From an uncultured delta proteobacterium (GTDB lineage: Bacteria > Myxococcota_A > Polyangia > Polyangiales > Polyangiaceae): 64,000 nucleotides of DNA. The notes under the pieces are model-generated. The model was not told where the DNA came from. It did not search any database and worked only from the letters and a program-made list of their open reading frames with translations. Positions 1-11,500 of the stretch are shown piece after piece. How positions within the stretch are numbered: the first letter of the stretch is position 1; each line of letters opens with the position of its first letter. Where the stretch lies: positions 320,001 through 384,000 of the forward strand of contig CAWAIF010000003.1 in assembly GCA_963782055.1 (NCBI GenBank), written 5' to 3'. Position numbers and translations under genes: made by a program.

Positions 1-1888
1 GTCCGGGAGCAACGAGCGCCACACCCTTCCCGTCGCCCCCGCGCCCCCGCCCCTCCCGAAGCTGGACCTGCCACCACCCTCCGAGTCGGCGCCCGTCACC
101 GCGCCGCCGCCGGAGCAGATCGCCAGCAAGTACCCGACACTCCTCTTCGGCGAGGGGGACGCGCCCGCCCAGAGCAAGTCGGACGCGCCGCCCATCATCG
201 TGCCGCCGCCGGAGCGGAGCGAGGTGAAGAACGCGGTCACACGGCCGCCGCCGTGGGGAGAGGGGGCCGCCTCCATCGCCACCATCCCCAAGAACGCGGC
301 ACCCCCGCGCGTCGCGCAGGAGAGCACCGAGGAGCTGAGCGGCTCGGTCCTGCTCCCGGATCCCGATGCGTCCAGCGGCGCGCACCGTCCCATCGAGCTG
401 AGCTCCTCCGACCTGACGAGCGAGGCGCACATGGAGGTGGTCAAGGCCGCGCCCCTGGCGCCCGCCGAGCGCCCCAACACCACCGTCATCGGAATGGCCG
501 CGCCCCCCCCGCCGGCGCCCGCCCCCGCGCCGACTCCGGCGCCGCTCCCCGCCGCCGAGCCGACCCTCCCGGTCATGCGCGTGGCGGCGCCGCCGCCAGA
601 GGAGCCCGTCTCCGAGCCGAAGCGCGCGGCCGTGCCCATCCCCGCGCCGAGCGGCGCGCGCACCATCGACCTGCGCGAGCTCGCGCGCACCCGACCGCCG
701 TGGTTCCTCGCAGCCTCCGCGGGCGTGGGCGCGGTCATCCTGCTCGGCCTCATCGGGGTGGTCATCCGCATCGCCAAGAGCGGCTCGTCCTCCGACGAGT
801 CCGTCGCGTCGGCCTCCGCGTCCACGGTGAGCAGCGCTCCCCCTCCCACCGCCTCCGCGACACCACCGCCGACGCCCACCCCCATCGCGGCCCCGCGCCC
901 GATGCAGTGCACAGTCTCCGGCGAGCCGAAGGTGCTGGCGGAGAAGGCGATGGTGCGGAGCGGCGTCGAGGTGGATGCCTTCAGCGGCAAGATCGCCCTG
1001 GGGTACGCCACCGGAGCGAAGGCGGGGACGGTCGAGTGGGTCGACCCCAACAACCTCGCCTCCTCGTCCACCGCACACCTGCGCGCCGGCGACACCATCC
1101 GGCGGGTCATGCCCTTGCCGGGCACGGGCAAGGCCGCGGGCGCCGCCGATGTCGATCGCAGGGGCGATGTGTTGCAGGGCCGGCGCACCATGCCCACGCA
1201 CCCCCCGCTCGATCTGGGCGCCGGGGACGATGGCCTCTCCTGGGCGCCTCACGGCAGCAGCAAGGCCATCAAGCTCTGGGCCCTCGGCGATGGGCACGTG
1301 GAGGCGCTTCGCGGACGGCCCCTGTCCGGCGGCAAGGGCGTCGCCGTGGCCTTCCGGCAATCCGGTGCCGTCTACTTCGGGGCCTTCGGCGGGTCTCCGC
1401 CGGCGCCGCTCGGGCCCCTGGTGAAGATCACCGGCCTCGGCCCGCAGCTCGGCTCGCCCGTGATCGCGGTCAGCGGCGATCACTTCATGGGTGCGTGGTC
1501 CGACCGCGCCGCCAAGAGCAATCCGTGGGGCCTGCGCTACGTCATCGCCAAGGTGGGCGACGCGGCGCCGTCCGCGCACAGCTTCGACATCCCCTCCGGT
1601 GGGCTGGGAGGGCAGGCCATGTCACCGGGCGTCGCGGCGCTGCCCGACGATCGCTTCCTGCTCGTGTGGACCGAGGGCGCGGGGAAGGACCACCAGGTGC
1701 GCGCCGTCGTCTACGGCAGCGATGGCAAGCCGCAGGGCAAGCCCATCATCGTCTCCGCCAACGGGGTCAACGCCGGTCAAGGGCAAGCCGCGATCCTCCC
1801 CGATGGCCACGGCCTCGTCGCGTACCTCGCCTCCAACGGCAAGACCTTCGAAATTCACGCCACCGGGATCGTCTGCTCCGCCCCATGA
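1..1888 (+). CDS. Pro-rich single-pass membrane protein with C-terminal extracytoplasmic beta-rich domain (5'-truncated by window edge)
   Basis: The frame of ORF 200..1888 stays open back to base 2. Pro-rich region, one TM segment (WFLAASAGVGAVILLGLIGVVI), Ser/Pro linker, then a beta-strand-rich domain. Confidence 0.75.
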   Translation, partial: SGSNERHTLPVAPAPPPLPKLDLPPPSESAPVTAPPPEQIASKYPTLLFGEGDAPAQSKSDAPPIIVPPPERSEVKNAVTRPPPWGEGAASIATIPKNAAPPRVAQESTEELSGSVLLPDPDASSGAHRPIELSSSDLTSEAHMEVVKAAPLAPAERPNTTVIGMAAPPPPAPAPAPTPAPLPAAEPTLPVMRVAAPPPEEPVSEPKRAAVPIPAPSGARTIDLRELARTRPPWFLAASAGVGAVILLGLIGVVIRIAKSGSSSDESVASASASTVSSAPPPTASATPPPTPTPIAAPRPMQCTVSGEPKVLAEKAMVRSGVEVDAFSGKIALGYATGAKAGTVEWVDPNNLASSSTAHLRAGDTIRRVMPLPGTGKAAGAADVDRRGDVLQGRRTMPTHPPLDLGAGDDGLSWAPHGSSKAIKLWALGDGHVEALRGRPLSGGKGVAVAFRQSGAVYFGAFGGSPPAPLGPLVKITGLGPQLGSPVIAVSGDHFMGAWSDRAAKSNPWGLRYVIAKVGDAAPSAHSFDIPSGGLGGQAMSPGVAALPDDRFLLVWTEGAGKDHQVRAVVYGSDGKPQGKPIIVSANGVNAGQGQAAILPDGHGLVAYLASNGKTFEIHATGIVCSAP

Positions 1889-2703
1889 CCCATCTCTCTC
1901 GCTCCTTCCTGACGATGCTCGCGCTGTTCCTCGCGTCCTGCGCGATCTTTCAGACCCAGTCGCAGGTGAAGTCCGGGCAGCTCTTCCAGCCGGGCGTGGC
2001 GGCTTACAACGACTACTTCAAGCAGGTCCACGACCTGCAGGTCGCCGCCGCCGGCTGGGACGCCGAGAAGGCGGCTGCACGCCGTCCGCTGGTGGACGCG
2101 CTCAAGCTGCCTCCCGAAGCCGCCGACGTGACGATCGTTCAGGCCGCGCACGAGCGCATGGTCGCGGTGGCGCACATGGTGGGGTCGACCAAGATGTCCA
2201 TCCGTGGCGAGGACCCCAAGGTGAACGTGGAGAGCCGCGGCCGCCTGGACGACGCGGGCAAGGAGATCGTCAAGGCGCTGGAGTCGACGGCCAAGGCGGA
2301 GATGGCGCGCACCAAGGCGCTCCGCGACGTCCCGCCCAAGGTGGACGCGCTCGACAAGACCGGCCGCGAGCTGGAGCCCAAGGTGAGGGACGACTTCGCC
2401 GGCCATGGCGGCTCGGCAGTGGCCAATGTCCACGATGAGCTCGTCGCGAGCTATGACGTGCTGAGCAAGCTCTCCACCGACTCCCGCTCGCAGGCGCGCG
2501 AGGCGGAGGACTTCGTGGCGGACCTGCAGCGCGCGGTCTCGGCAGACTCCAGCGAGCCCCTGCTCGGCGAGCCGCAAGGCCGCCCCGCGCCCCACCCGCA
2601 TCCCCATCCGCACCCCCACCCGCAGGGTGGGAGCAAGCCCAAGCCCAAGCCCGCGGGCGGGGGTGGCGGCGGCGGTGGCGGCGGGGACGACTTCGTCCCG
2701 TAG
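1885..2703 (+). CDS. Helical lipoprotein with Pro-His/Gly low-complexity tail
   Basis: ATG at 1885 overlaps the upstream TGA (ATGA). Lipobox LALFLASC; C-terminus PHPHPHPHPHP...GGGGGGGGGGDDFVP. Confidence 0.8.
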   Translation: MTHLSRSFLTMLALFLASCAIFQTQSQVKSGQLFQPGVAAYNDYFKQVHDLQVAAAGWDAEKAAARRPLVDALKLPPEAADVTIVQAAHERMVAVAHMVGSTKMSIRGEDPKVNVESRGRLDDAGKEIVKALESTAKAEMARTKALRDVPPKVDALDKTGRELEPKVRDDFAGHGGSAVANVHDELVASYDVLSKLSTDSRSQAREAEDFVADLQRAVSADSSEPLLGEPQGRPAPHPHPHPHPHPQGGSKPKPKPAGGGGGGGGGGDDFVP

Positions 2704-2823
2704 TCGCGTCGCCTCCAGCACAGGGAAGCACCCACCACATCGCACCGTACGACGCGGGGCGGCTTGCCAGGGTGCTCGGCATGTGGCACAGGCACCCACA
2801 TTCACACTCCTGGAGGAGGCTTC

Positions 2824-4122
2824 ATGCGCTGGCTTCACAGACTCGGATTTGGCGTGGGGTTCGGGGCCCTCGGGCTCCTCGCGCACTGCAGCGGCTCCGA
2901 CAACATCATCCTGCCGGGGAACGACGCCGGCCCGCAGCCGGACACAGGCGTGGCGGAGACAGGCCCCGCGCCCTGCGACAACGGTCTGACCCGCTGCGGG
3001 GACACGTGCGTGGACCTGCAGAAGGACACGGCGAACTGCGGCAAGTGCGGCACCGCGTGCGGCGCGAAGGAGGTGTGCTCGGCCGGCGCGTGCGCGGGCT
3101 GCGACACCATCGACGCCGACAAGGACGGCTTCGACGCGTGCGTCGACTGCGACGACAACGACCCGAACGTCAACCCCGGCGCCTTCGACATCCCCGGAAA
3201 CAACAAGGACGACGACTGCAACGGCAAGGTGGACGACGAGGTCGCGTGCGAGACCAACGCCTCGCCGGACACGAAGAACGCCGCCGACTTCGCCGCCGCC
3301 ATGGAGATGTGCGCGCCGTGGGTCACAGCGTCCTCCTTCCCCACCGTGGCGGACGACACCGCCCACCAGGTCGCGTCCGACTGGGGCGTCTTCAAGCCGC
3401 AGAAGGGGTCGACGATCGCGGCGCTCTCCACCGGCATCGCCGCCGACGAGGACGACACCAAGCCCATGTTCGACAAGGGCGTCACGCCGCAGCAAGGCAC
3501 CGACTTCAACAAGACCGGCACGCCCTACCCGGTGAAGCCGGGCAGCATCACCTGCATCGACAGCAACAAGCAGAAGCAGACCATCCAGGACCCGACGACC
3601 GTCAACGACTACACCGAGCTCTCGGTCACCCTGAAGGTCCCCACCAACGCGCACTCCTTCGCCATCGATCTCAACTACCTGACGAGCGACGCGCCGGAGT
3701 GGCTCTGCTCCAAGTACGTCGACCAGGCGCTGGTGATCCTCGACTCCGCCAGCCTCAAGGGCAACGTCTTCATGGACGCCAACGGTGACCACATGTCCGG
3801 AGACAGCCCGTTCCTCGTGCTCAACAAGGCGAGCGACCTGACCGGCACCGGCATGGATCAGCTCACCAACACGCAGCAGGTGTACGGCGGCGGTACCGGG
3901 TGGATGACGCTGACTGCGCCGGTCACGCCGGGCGACAGCATCACGCTGCGCTTCGCCATCTTCGACGTGCTCGACGGCATCTATGACTCGCAGATCCTGA
4001 TGGACCACTTCCGCTGGCAGGCGGACAAGGTCTGCGCCCCGACCACCACCAACCCGCTCTACGACGGCGGCGCGGCCGATGGCGGCGTGTCGGACGGCGG
4101 GTCGGACGGCGGCTGCCCCTGA
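2824..4122 (+). CDS. Cys-rich lipoprotein with myxobacterial Cys-rich repeat, MopE-like metal-binding motif and choice-of-anchor-L-like domain
   Basis: GGAGGAGG RBS before ATG 2824; lipobox LLAHC; CGDTCVDLQKDTANCGKCGTACG; DADKDGF...DCDDNDPNVNPGA...DDDCNGKVDD; C-terminal GGGTGW...FAIFDVLDGIYDSQILMDHFRW. Confidence 0.8.
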   Translation: MRWLHRLGFGVGFGALGLLAHCSGSDNIILPGNDAGPQPDTGVAETGPAPCDNGLTRCGDTCVDLQKDTANCGKCGTACGAKEVCSAGACAGCDTIDADKDGFDACVDCDDNDPNVNPGAFDIPGNNKDDDCNGKVDDEVACETNASPDTKNAADFAAAMEMCAPWVTASSFPTVADDTAHQVASDWGVFKPQKGSTIAALSTGIAADEDDTKPMFDKGVTPQQGTDFNKTGTPYPVKPGSITCIDSNKQKQTIQDPTTVNDYTELSVTLKVPTNAHSFAIDLNYLTSDAPEWLCSKYVDQALVILDSASLKGNVFMDANGDHMSGDSPFLVLNKASDLTGTGMDQLTNTQQVYGGGTGWMTLTAPVTPGDSITLRFAIFDVLDGIYDSQILMDHFRWQADKVCAPTTTNPLYDGGAADGGVSDGGSDGGCP

Positions 4123-4130
4123 CCTCCTCG

Positions 4131-4149
4131 TTCTCCACTTCGTGGAGAA
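4131..4149. terminator. Hairpin between convergent genes (possible terminator)
   Basis: TTCTCCAC-TTC-GTGGAGAA perfect 8-bp stem, 8 nt after the stop at 4122; no clear U-tract. Confidence 0.4.
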
Positions 4150-4258
4150 GCGGGGATGGGGGAAGCGGGGTTACTCGCTCGCGGAGCTGCGTCGACCGGC
4201 GCTCGTCCCTGTCACCCCTCCATCTTCCTGAACCTCGGCAGGCCGACAGGGGGGAGGC

Positions 4259-5557
4259 TCAGTTCTGCGCGAACTTCTCCTGCGGGAAGCGCTTCGCCGC
4301 GGAGTCGAGGTGGTCGGCGAGCATCTCGGCGGTGATGGTGATGGGGAGCAGGTCGCGCGTGCCGTCGGGCATCATGATGACGTAGGCCGGGATGCCGGAG
4401 CGGCCGAGGTCGTCCAGCATCTTGTCCAGCTCGTCGCTCTCGACCGTCATGTCCGCGCGCATGGGCAGGATGTCGGTGCGGGTGAGGGCGTTGCGGACGG
4501 TGTCCGTCTCGATGAAGGCCTTCTCGTTGGCTTTGCAGGAGGCGCACCACTCGGCGGTGAAGTCCAAGAACACCGGGCGGCCGCGCGTCTTCTCCGCCGT
4601 GAGGCGCTTGGAGTCGAACTTGGCCCACGCGATGTGGCCATCCTTGACGACGGGGGCGTCGTGGTGGGCGGCGGTGGCGGTGCTGGTGATCACCGGCGCG
4701 GCCGTCGCGACGGGCTCAGGCCGCGCGAAGCTGATGAAGAGGTAGCCCACCAGAACGAGCCCTCCCACCTGCGCGACGCGCACGCCCCACCGCCGGATGG
4801 GGGGCGCCGCCACGCCGCCGAAGCGGCCGCCGGCCCAGAGCGCGAAGCCCAGCGCCAGCAGGAACGCCAAAAAGGAGTTGGAGGCCTGCGCCGTGAGCTG
4901 CACCTGCAGCGTGCGGTACAGCCACACCGCGGTGCCGAGCAGGGTGAAGCCCAGGACCTGCTTCACCGTCTCCATCCAGCGGCCGGGCTTGGGCAGCACC
5001 TTGGCGAAGGCGGGCACCAGGGTGAGCAGGAGATACGGCAGCGCCAGGCCGAAGCCGATGGTCGCGAAGATGAGGAGCGTCTGCCACGCGGCGGTGGTGC
5101 CGCCCAGCGCGAAGGCCACCGCGGTGCCGAGGAAGGGCGCCGAGCACGGCGTGGACATGATCGCCGCGAAGAGGCCGTTGACGAAGGAGCCGCTGAACTT
5201 CTCGTCGTCGCCCGTCTCGCCGCCCGTCGACAGGGTGATCTCGAAGACGCCCAGCGCGTTGAGCGCGAAGGCGAACACCAGCGCGGTCATCACGGCGACG
5301 AAGGGCGGGTGCTGGAACTGCATGCCCCAGCCGAGCTTCTTCCCCGAAGCCTTGATGACGAGCACCACCGTGGCCAGAGCCAGAAAGAGGCTCATCGTGC
5401 CCATGGTGTAGGCGAGGCCGTGGAGGCGCCGGGTGCGGGCGTCGTGGCGAGCGTGGTCGACGACGGAGAAGGCTTTCAGGGCCAGCACCGGCAAGACGCA
5501 CGGCATGATGTTGAGGATGAGGCCGCCGGCCAGAGCGATAGCGAGAATCCCGAGCAT
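4259..5557 (-). CDS. DsbD-like thiol:disulfide interchange protein (TM domain + thioredoxin domain)
   Basis: LNIMPCVLPV and MSTPCSAPFLG membrane cysteines; C-terminal DFTAEWCASCKANE thioredoxin motif. Confidence 0.9.
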   Translation of the reverse strand: MLGILAIALAGGLILNIMPCVLPVLALKAFSVVDHARHDARTRRLHGLAYTMGTMSLFLALATVVLVIKASGKKLGWGMQFQHPPFVAVMTALVFAFALNALGVFEITLSTGGETGDDEKFSGSFVNGLFAAIMSTPCSAPFLGTAVAFALGGTTAAWQTLLIFATIGFGLALPYLLLTLVPAFAKVLPKPGRWMETVKQVLGFTLLGTAVWLYRTLQVQLTAQASNSFLAFLLALGFALWAGGRFGGVAAPPIRRWGVRVAQVGGLVLVGYLFISFARPEPVATAAPVITSTATAAHHDAPVVKDGHIAWAKFDSKRLTAEKTRGRPVFLDFTAEWCASCKANEKAFIETDTVRNALTRTDILPMRADMTVESDELDKMLDDLGRSGIPAYVIMMPDGTRDLLPITITAEMLADHLDSAAKRFPQEKFAQN

Positions 5558-5747
5558 GTTTACCTACGCTTTTGTACCAGAACCAGGCAGATGCAAGGCG
5601 AGCGCCGACCGCAAATCCAGGAGTGGGAGCGCTGTTTGCGGCCAAACGGTGCGGGTTTCACCGCATTTTTCCGCCCACGCTCTCCACACTGTACGCCTGT
5701 CGGTGGATCCTTCGTCCCCCTTTCCCCCCCGCGTTCGAGCCTCCCAA

Positions 5748-6479
5748 TCAATTCGCCGCCATCTTCGCGAGGGTCGCCCGGGCCATCTTGAGCTCCCCCT
5801 CCAGCGCGATCCCCATCGCGGGCCGCGACGCCTCGGTGCGCCGCACGAAGGTGTCCAGGTAGCGCCTCGCCGCCCCGAACTCCCCCGCCGCGTAGGCGAG
5901 GTGCCCGAGCACGAAGCGCCCGTAGCCCTGCCCGCATGGCGCGGTGGCCAGATCGTCGATCGTCGCTTGCAGGTCGGTGACCGGCGCGCCCAGGGCGATG
6001 TGCGCCAGCGCGAGGTGGGCACGGTAGAGCGGCTTGTCGCGCGTCGCCCACCGCACCGCGCGCTCCAGCGCGCCGATCGCCTCGGTGTAGCGGTGCGCGA
6101 GGAAGAAGGCCCCACCCAGCGTCCAGAGGTGGAAGCTGCGGCGCGAGGCGGGGCCGCGCCGGGCGGCGGACCGCAGGTGCGCGACGGCGGTGTCCAGGTC
6201 GCCGGAGGCGATGGCGGCGCGCGCGGCGTCCTGGTGCAGCACGTCGGCGAGCACGTCCAGCTCCAGCGCGTCCTCCGCGATCGCGCGCGCGCGGGCGAAG
6301 CGGCGCGTCTCGTAAAGCGAGAGGTAGAGCTGCCGCAGCAGCATCGCTTGGACGGTCTTGTCGAGCGGCCCGCGGGCGGCCAGGCCCTTGCGCGCGTAGC
6401 GCGCGCGTGACGCCGGCGTGGCGGCGGCCATCGCCCGCCGCAACTGCGCTTCCGGGCTCGCGTCCGGGTGCCGAGGCAT
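5748..6479 (-). CDS. Tetratricopeptide-repeat protein
   Basis: Helical repeats such as LGHLAYAAGEFGAARRYLDTF and LAHRYTEAIGALERA. Confidence 0.7.
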   Translation of the reverse strand: MPRHPDASPEAQLRRAMAAATPASRARYARKGLAARGPLDKTVQAMLLRQLYLSLYETRRFARARAIAEDALELDVLADVLHQDAARAAIASGDLDTAVAHLRSAARRGPASRRSFHLWTLGGAFFLAHRYTEAIGALERAVRWATRDKPLYRAHLALAHIALGAPVTDLQATIDDLATAPCGQGYGRFVLGHLAYAAGEFGAARRYLDTFVRRTEASRPAMGIALEGELKMARATLAKMAAN

Positions 6480-6578
6480 GAGGTCTTGTGATCATAGCAT
6501 CCGTCGGGCGCGGCGGCCGCGCGCGCGCTCCGGCGGCATTTGGAAGGCTCCCGGAGGCGTGCTAGGTCGTGGCACCCG

Positions 6579-6878
6579 ATGAAACGTTCGCCGCTGCCCG
6601 TGGCCCTCGGGTCGCTCCTGCTCCTCGGCCCGTGCCTCGGTTGTGGCCGCCGGGCGACGCAGGCGGACTGCGAGATCATCGTCGACCAGACCGTCGCGGC
6701 GAAGCTCCGGGAGCGCAACATCACCGACCCGGCGACGGTCAAGAGCACCCAGAAGGACCTGCGCGAAGAGGTGAAGGGGCAGATGTCCGGATGCGTGGGG
6801 CGTCACATCACCGACTCCGCCATGAAGTGCATCAAGGGCGCGAAGACCGAGGCGGAGATCGTGAAGTGCCTGCGGTGA
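6579..6878 (+). CDS. Small Cys-rich lipoprotein
   Basis: ATG 6579; signal ending CLGC; four further Cys, ending CIKGAKTEAEIVKCLR. Confidence 0.75.
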   Translation: MKRSPLPVALGSLLLLGPCLGCGRRATQADCEIIVDQTVAAKLRERNITDPATVKSTQKDLREEVKGQMSGCVGRHITDSAMKCIKGAKTEAEIVKCLR

Positions 6879-7213
6879 CGTCACCCCCTGGCCCCCTCTC
6901 CCTGCGAGGAAGAGGAGGAAGAGGAAGAGCGCGCGTGGTGTTCGGGGTGAGCGTGGTCGCGCTCTGCGCCTGCAGCAAGAAGGTGTCGCAGCAGCAGTGC
7001 GACGCGTTGCTCGATCACTACGCCGAGCTGGTGGCGAAGGAGAGCATGCCCGACGCCTCGGCCGAGACGATCAAGGCCGAGCAGGTTCGCGAGCGCGAGG
7101 AGGCGCGCGCGGACGAGGGCTTCCGCGACTGCGCGACCCAGCTCCAGCCGGCGCAGTACCGGTGCGCGATGAAGGCCCAGACCCCCGACGCGCTGGAGGC
7201 GTGCCTGGAGTAG
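6875..7213 (+). CDS. Small Cys-rich lipoprotein, paralog of the upstream gene
   Basis: Start uncertain (GTG 6875 overlapping the upstream stop, or GTG 6935). Lipobox ALCAC; same Cys spacing, ending CAMKAQTPDALEACLE. Confidence 0.7.
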   Translation: MTSPPGPLSLRGRGGRGRARVVFGVSVVALCACSKKVSQQQCDALLDHYAELVAKESMPDASAETIKAEQVREREEARADEGFRDCATQLQPAQYRCAMKAQTPDALEACLE

Positions 7214-7215
7214 CG

Positions 7216-7532
7216 CTACCTGGTGTGCGCCGCGCGGCCGCTCACCAGGATCTTGTCCGACTCGTGGCGCATCTGCGCGGGGACTCCCCACACCACGTCG
7301 CCGCCCAGCTTGCAGACCTGGTCCTCCAGCTCGCGCAGGCAGGCGTCCTCGCCCACCTGCTCCGAGCAGTAGGCGTTGACCGGTCCGATGTTGTCCGTCG
7401 GCATCGTGGGAGCGTCCTGGAATACCTGTACCTTGCAACCTTCCGGCTGCGGCGGGTACTTGGAGGGCGGGCCACCCCCGCCGCACGCCGGCGCCAGCGC
7501 CACCGCGGCCATGCCCAGCAGCACCGCGGCCC

Positions 7533-7536
<4 letters not shown>
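7216..7536 (-). CDS. Small lipoprotein of unknown function
   Basis: GTG at 7536 overlaps the glyQ stop; signal [37 protein letters not shown]. Confidence 0.75.
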
Positions 7537-8471
<935 letters not shown>

Positions 8472-8543
8472 GCGCCAGATCTACACCATCCTCACCCCCC
8501 CGGCGGCCCTCTCCCTGCGAGGGCGAGGGGGGGGCGAAGGGGG

Positions 8544-11500
8544 CTACGCTCCCAGCTGGGCGAGGAGCTCGCGGGCGTACTCCAGCGACGGGTCGTCGTC
8601 GATCGCGCGCTTGAGCAGCATGACGGCGCGGCGGGTGTCGCCCTGCTTGACCGCGATGGCGCCCAGACGCTCGTACGCGATGGCGCGCGGCAGCGGCGCG
8701 GCGGTGCGCATCATGGTGATGGCCCGGAGCGCGCGCGTGGCGAGGTCCAGGTTCTCGTCCTCGTAGGCGACGTCCGCCAGCTCGGAGGCGACGACGCCGT
8801 TCTGGCCGTCCATGTCCAGGCCGGTGGTGAGCATCTGCGTCTCGGCGGCGCGATCGCCACGGGCGCGGGCCACGTGGGCCAGCCGCAGGTAGACGTGCGC
8901 GAGGTCCTTGCTGCGGCGCCCCTTCAGCGAGAGCACCGCGGCCTTGAGCGCCTCCTCCGCGCCGTCGAGCCGACCCAGCGCGATGCGCGCGTCGGCGAGG
9001 AGTCCGACGCACTCGAAGTCGGTCGGCTTGAGCTCGTGGGCGGCGGCGAGCACCTCCGCCGCGCGCTCGGCGTCCGCCAGCTTGGTGAGGAGCGTCTGGC
9101 CGGCGCCGAGCAGCAGCTCGAAGCGCCGCGCCGGGTCGGTCGCGGCCTCCGCCTCGGCGACGTAGAGCTCGAGCAGCTCGCGCTCAGCCCCGGTGCGCTC
9201 GTAGATCTCCGCCAGCTTGTGGAGCAGCCGCTCGTCGCCGGGCGCGACGGCGCGGGCGCGCTCGAGCGCCTCGCGGGCGTAGCCCGGGTTCTCGGCGCGC
9301 TCGCAGAGCTCGGCGAGGTGCAGCGCCAGGTCGGGGAGGGCCTCGGCGTCGGCCGCCTCGGCCAGCCGGCCGTAGGCGTCGGCGGCTGCGCCCCACTGCT
9401 CCGACGCCTCCTCCAGCTCGGCGAGCGCCCGCAGCGACGCGAGGTCGCCGGCGTCCGCGGAGAGGTTCTCCTCCAGCGCGGCGCGCGCCTCCTCCCCCCG
9501 GCCCTGCGCGGCGAGCAGCGTCGCGAGTCGGCGTCGTAGCTCGGCCCGGTCCGGTCCCTCCGCCGCATCGGCCGCGGCGGCGAGCACCATGGCCAGGAGG
9601 GCGGCGCCTCGCCCGACGTCCAGGGCGTGTACCCGCTCGGCGTCGGCGATGGCCTCCTCGTGTCGCGCGAGTCCGGAGGTGAGCCGGGCGCGCAGCTCCA
9701 GCAGCACCAGCTCGTGAGGGGCGCCGCCCGCCTGCGCGAACGGCTCCGCCATGTCCTGCAGGGCCTCCTCCAGGTCCTCGCGCGCGCTCATGGCCTCCAC
9801 GAGCATCCCGAGCAGCTCGGCGTCGTCCGGCGCGTCCAGCCACGCGGCGCGCACCGCCCGCGCGGTGCCGGTGCGGTCGTCGCCGGCGCCGTAGAGCCGC
9901 GCGGCCTCCAGGTACGCCGCGCGGCGCTCCGCGCCCTCCAGGCCCGGGGCGGTGGTGACGAGGAGCTCGGCGAGCTTCTGGTCGTCCCCGCGCTCCTCGT
10001 ACGTGGCGCGGAGCCGGTCGCGCAGCGTCTCGCTCGCCGGGTGCGCGCGCAGCCCCATGAGCAGCGCGCGCTCCGCGGCGTCGTTGTCCCACTGCTCGGC
10101 GCGCAGCGCCGCGAGCTCCAGGGCGAGCGCCTCGGCCCCCGGCCCCGTCTCGCTCGCGAGCAGGCGCTCCATCACGTCCGCCCGCTCGATGGCGTCGCCC
10201 GACTCGCGCAGCAGCCGCAGCATCGCCAGGAGCAGGTCGCGGTTGTGCTGCTCCCAGTCCAGACCCGCCGCGTACGCCTGCCGCGCGGCCTCCGCGTCCT
10301 TCGGCTCAAGCATGCGGCCCAGGCGCAGTGAGAGCGCGGCCACGGTCGCCGCGTCCTCGCGATCCTTCGCCGCGTCGAGCTGCGTGCCGAGGAGCTCGGC
10401 CAGCTCCTCGGTCTCTCCGGAGGCCTCCAGCAGCGACACCAGCAGCGCCGCCGCCTCGGCGTCGCGCGGCCGCTCCTCCAGCAGCGCCCGCAGGTCCGCC
10501 TTCGCCTCGTCGGCGCGGTCCGGCCGCGAAGCGAGCACCTTCGCGCGGAGGAGCCGCAGCGTGGCGCGCTCCTCGTCGGAGTCGGCGTGCGGCAGCACGC
10601 GGTCGATCGCCGCGGCGAGGCGTGCGTCGTCGCCGGCGTCGCGCAGCACCGCCACCAGCTCGCCGCGCGCCTGCGCGTCGGTCGGGTCGGCGTCCAGGAT
10701 GAGCTCGTAGGCGCGGGCCGCGAGATCGGCGTCGCCGGGCTCGCCCCGCGCCGCGCTCGCCACCTGCTCGCGCAGCGCCCGGGCCTCCTCGGCCTCGGCG
10801 TGCGCGGAGGCGCGCAGCCGCAGCAAGAGCGCGCCCCTTCGCTCCCCGGCGGCCTCGCGCAGCGCCGCCAGCTCCAGCAGCGCCCAGCGCAGGAAGGCGG
10901 GATCCTGCGCCTCGTCCTCCGCGGCGCGGGCGAGGAAGCGCTCCGCCACCGCGGACTCCCCGCGGCTCATCGCCAGACCCACCGCCTCGCGCACCACGTC
11001 CGGCGGCGCGCCGGGCTGTCCCGCCTGCAGCAGCACCGCCCGCGCGACCGCGTCCTCGTTGCCCGAGGCTCGCGCCACGCGCGCGAAGACGCTGAGGAGC
11101 GGGCCGGGAGCCTCGTCGCCGAAAGCGGCGAGCGCCGACTCGGCGAGCCCGAGCGCGCGCTCCATGTCCGGCGCCAGCGAGAGCGCCGTCTCCAGCATGC
11201 GGCACGCGTCGGCGGTGGTCTCCGGGCGCGCGAGGCGCAGCCCCGCGAGGCGGTAGAGCACGTCGGCGGCGGCGCGCGGGTCGCGCGCGGTGTTCTCCGT
11301 CTGCAGCGCGGCGAGCTTCTCCAGCACCGCCTCCTGCGCCTCGGTGTCGCCCGCCTCGCCGTGGGCCCGGTCCAGCGCGGAGAGCACCTCCATGCGCAGG
11401 CCGCCCGCCTGCTCCGCGCGGCGGAGCACCTCGATGCGGCGCGCGCCGTCGCCCAGCTCGCCGAGCGCGTCGGCGGCGCGCAGGCAGAGGAGCGTCGCCA

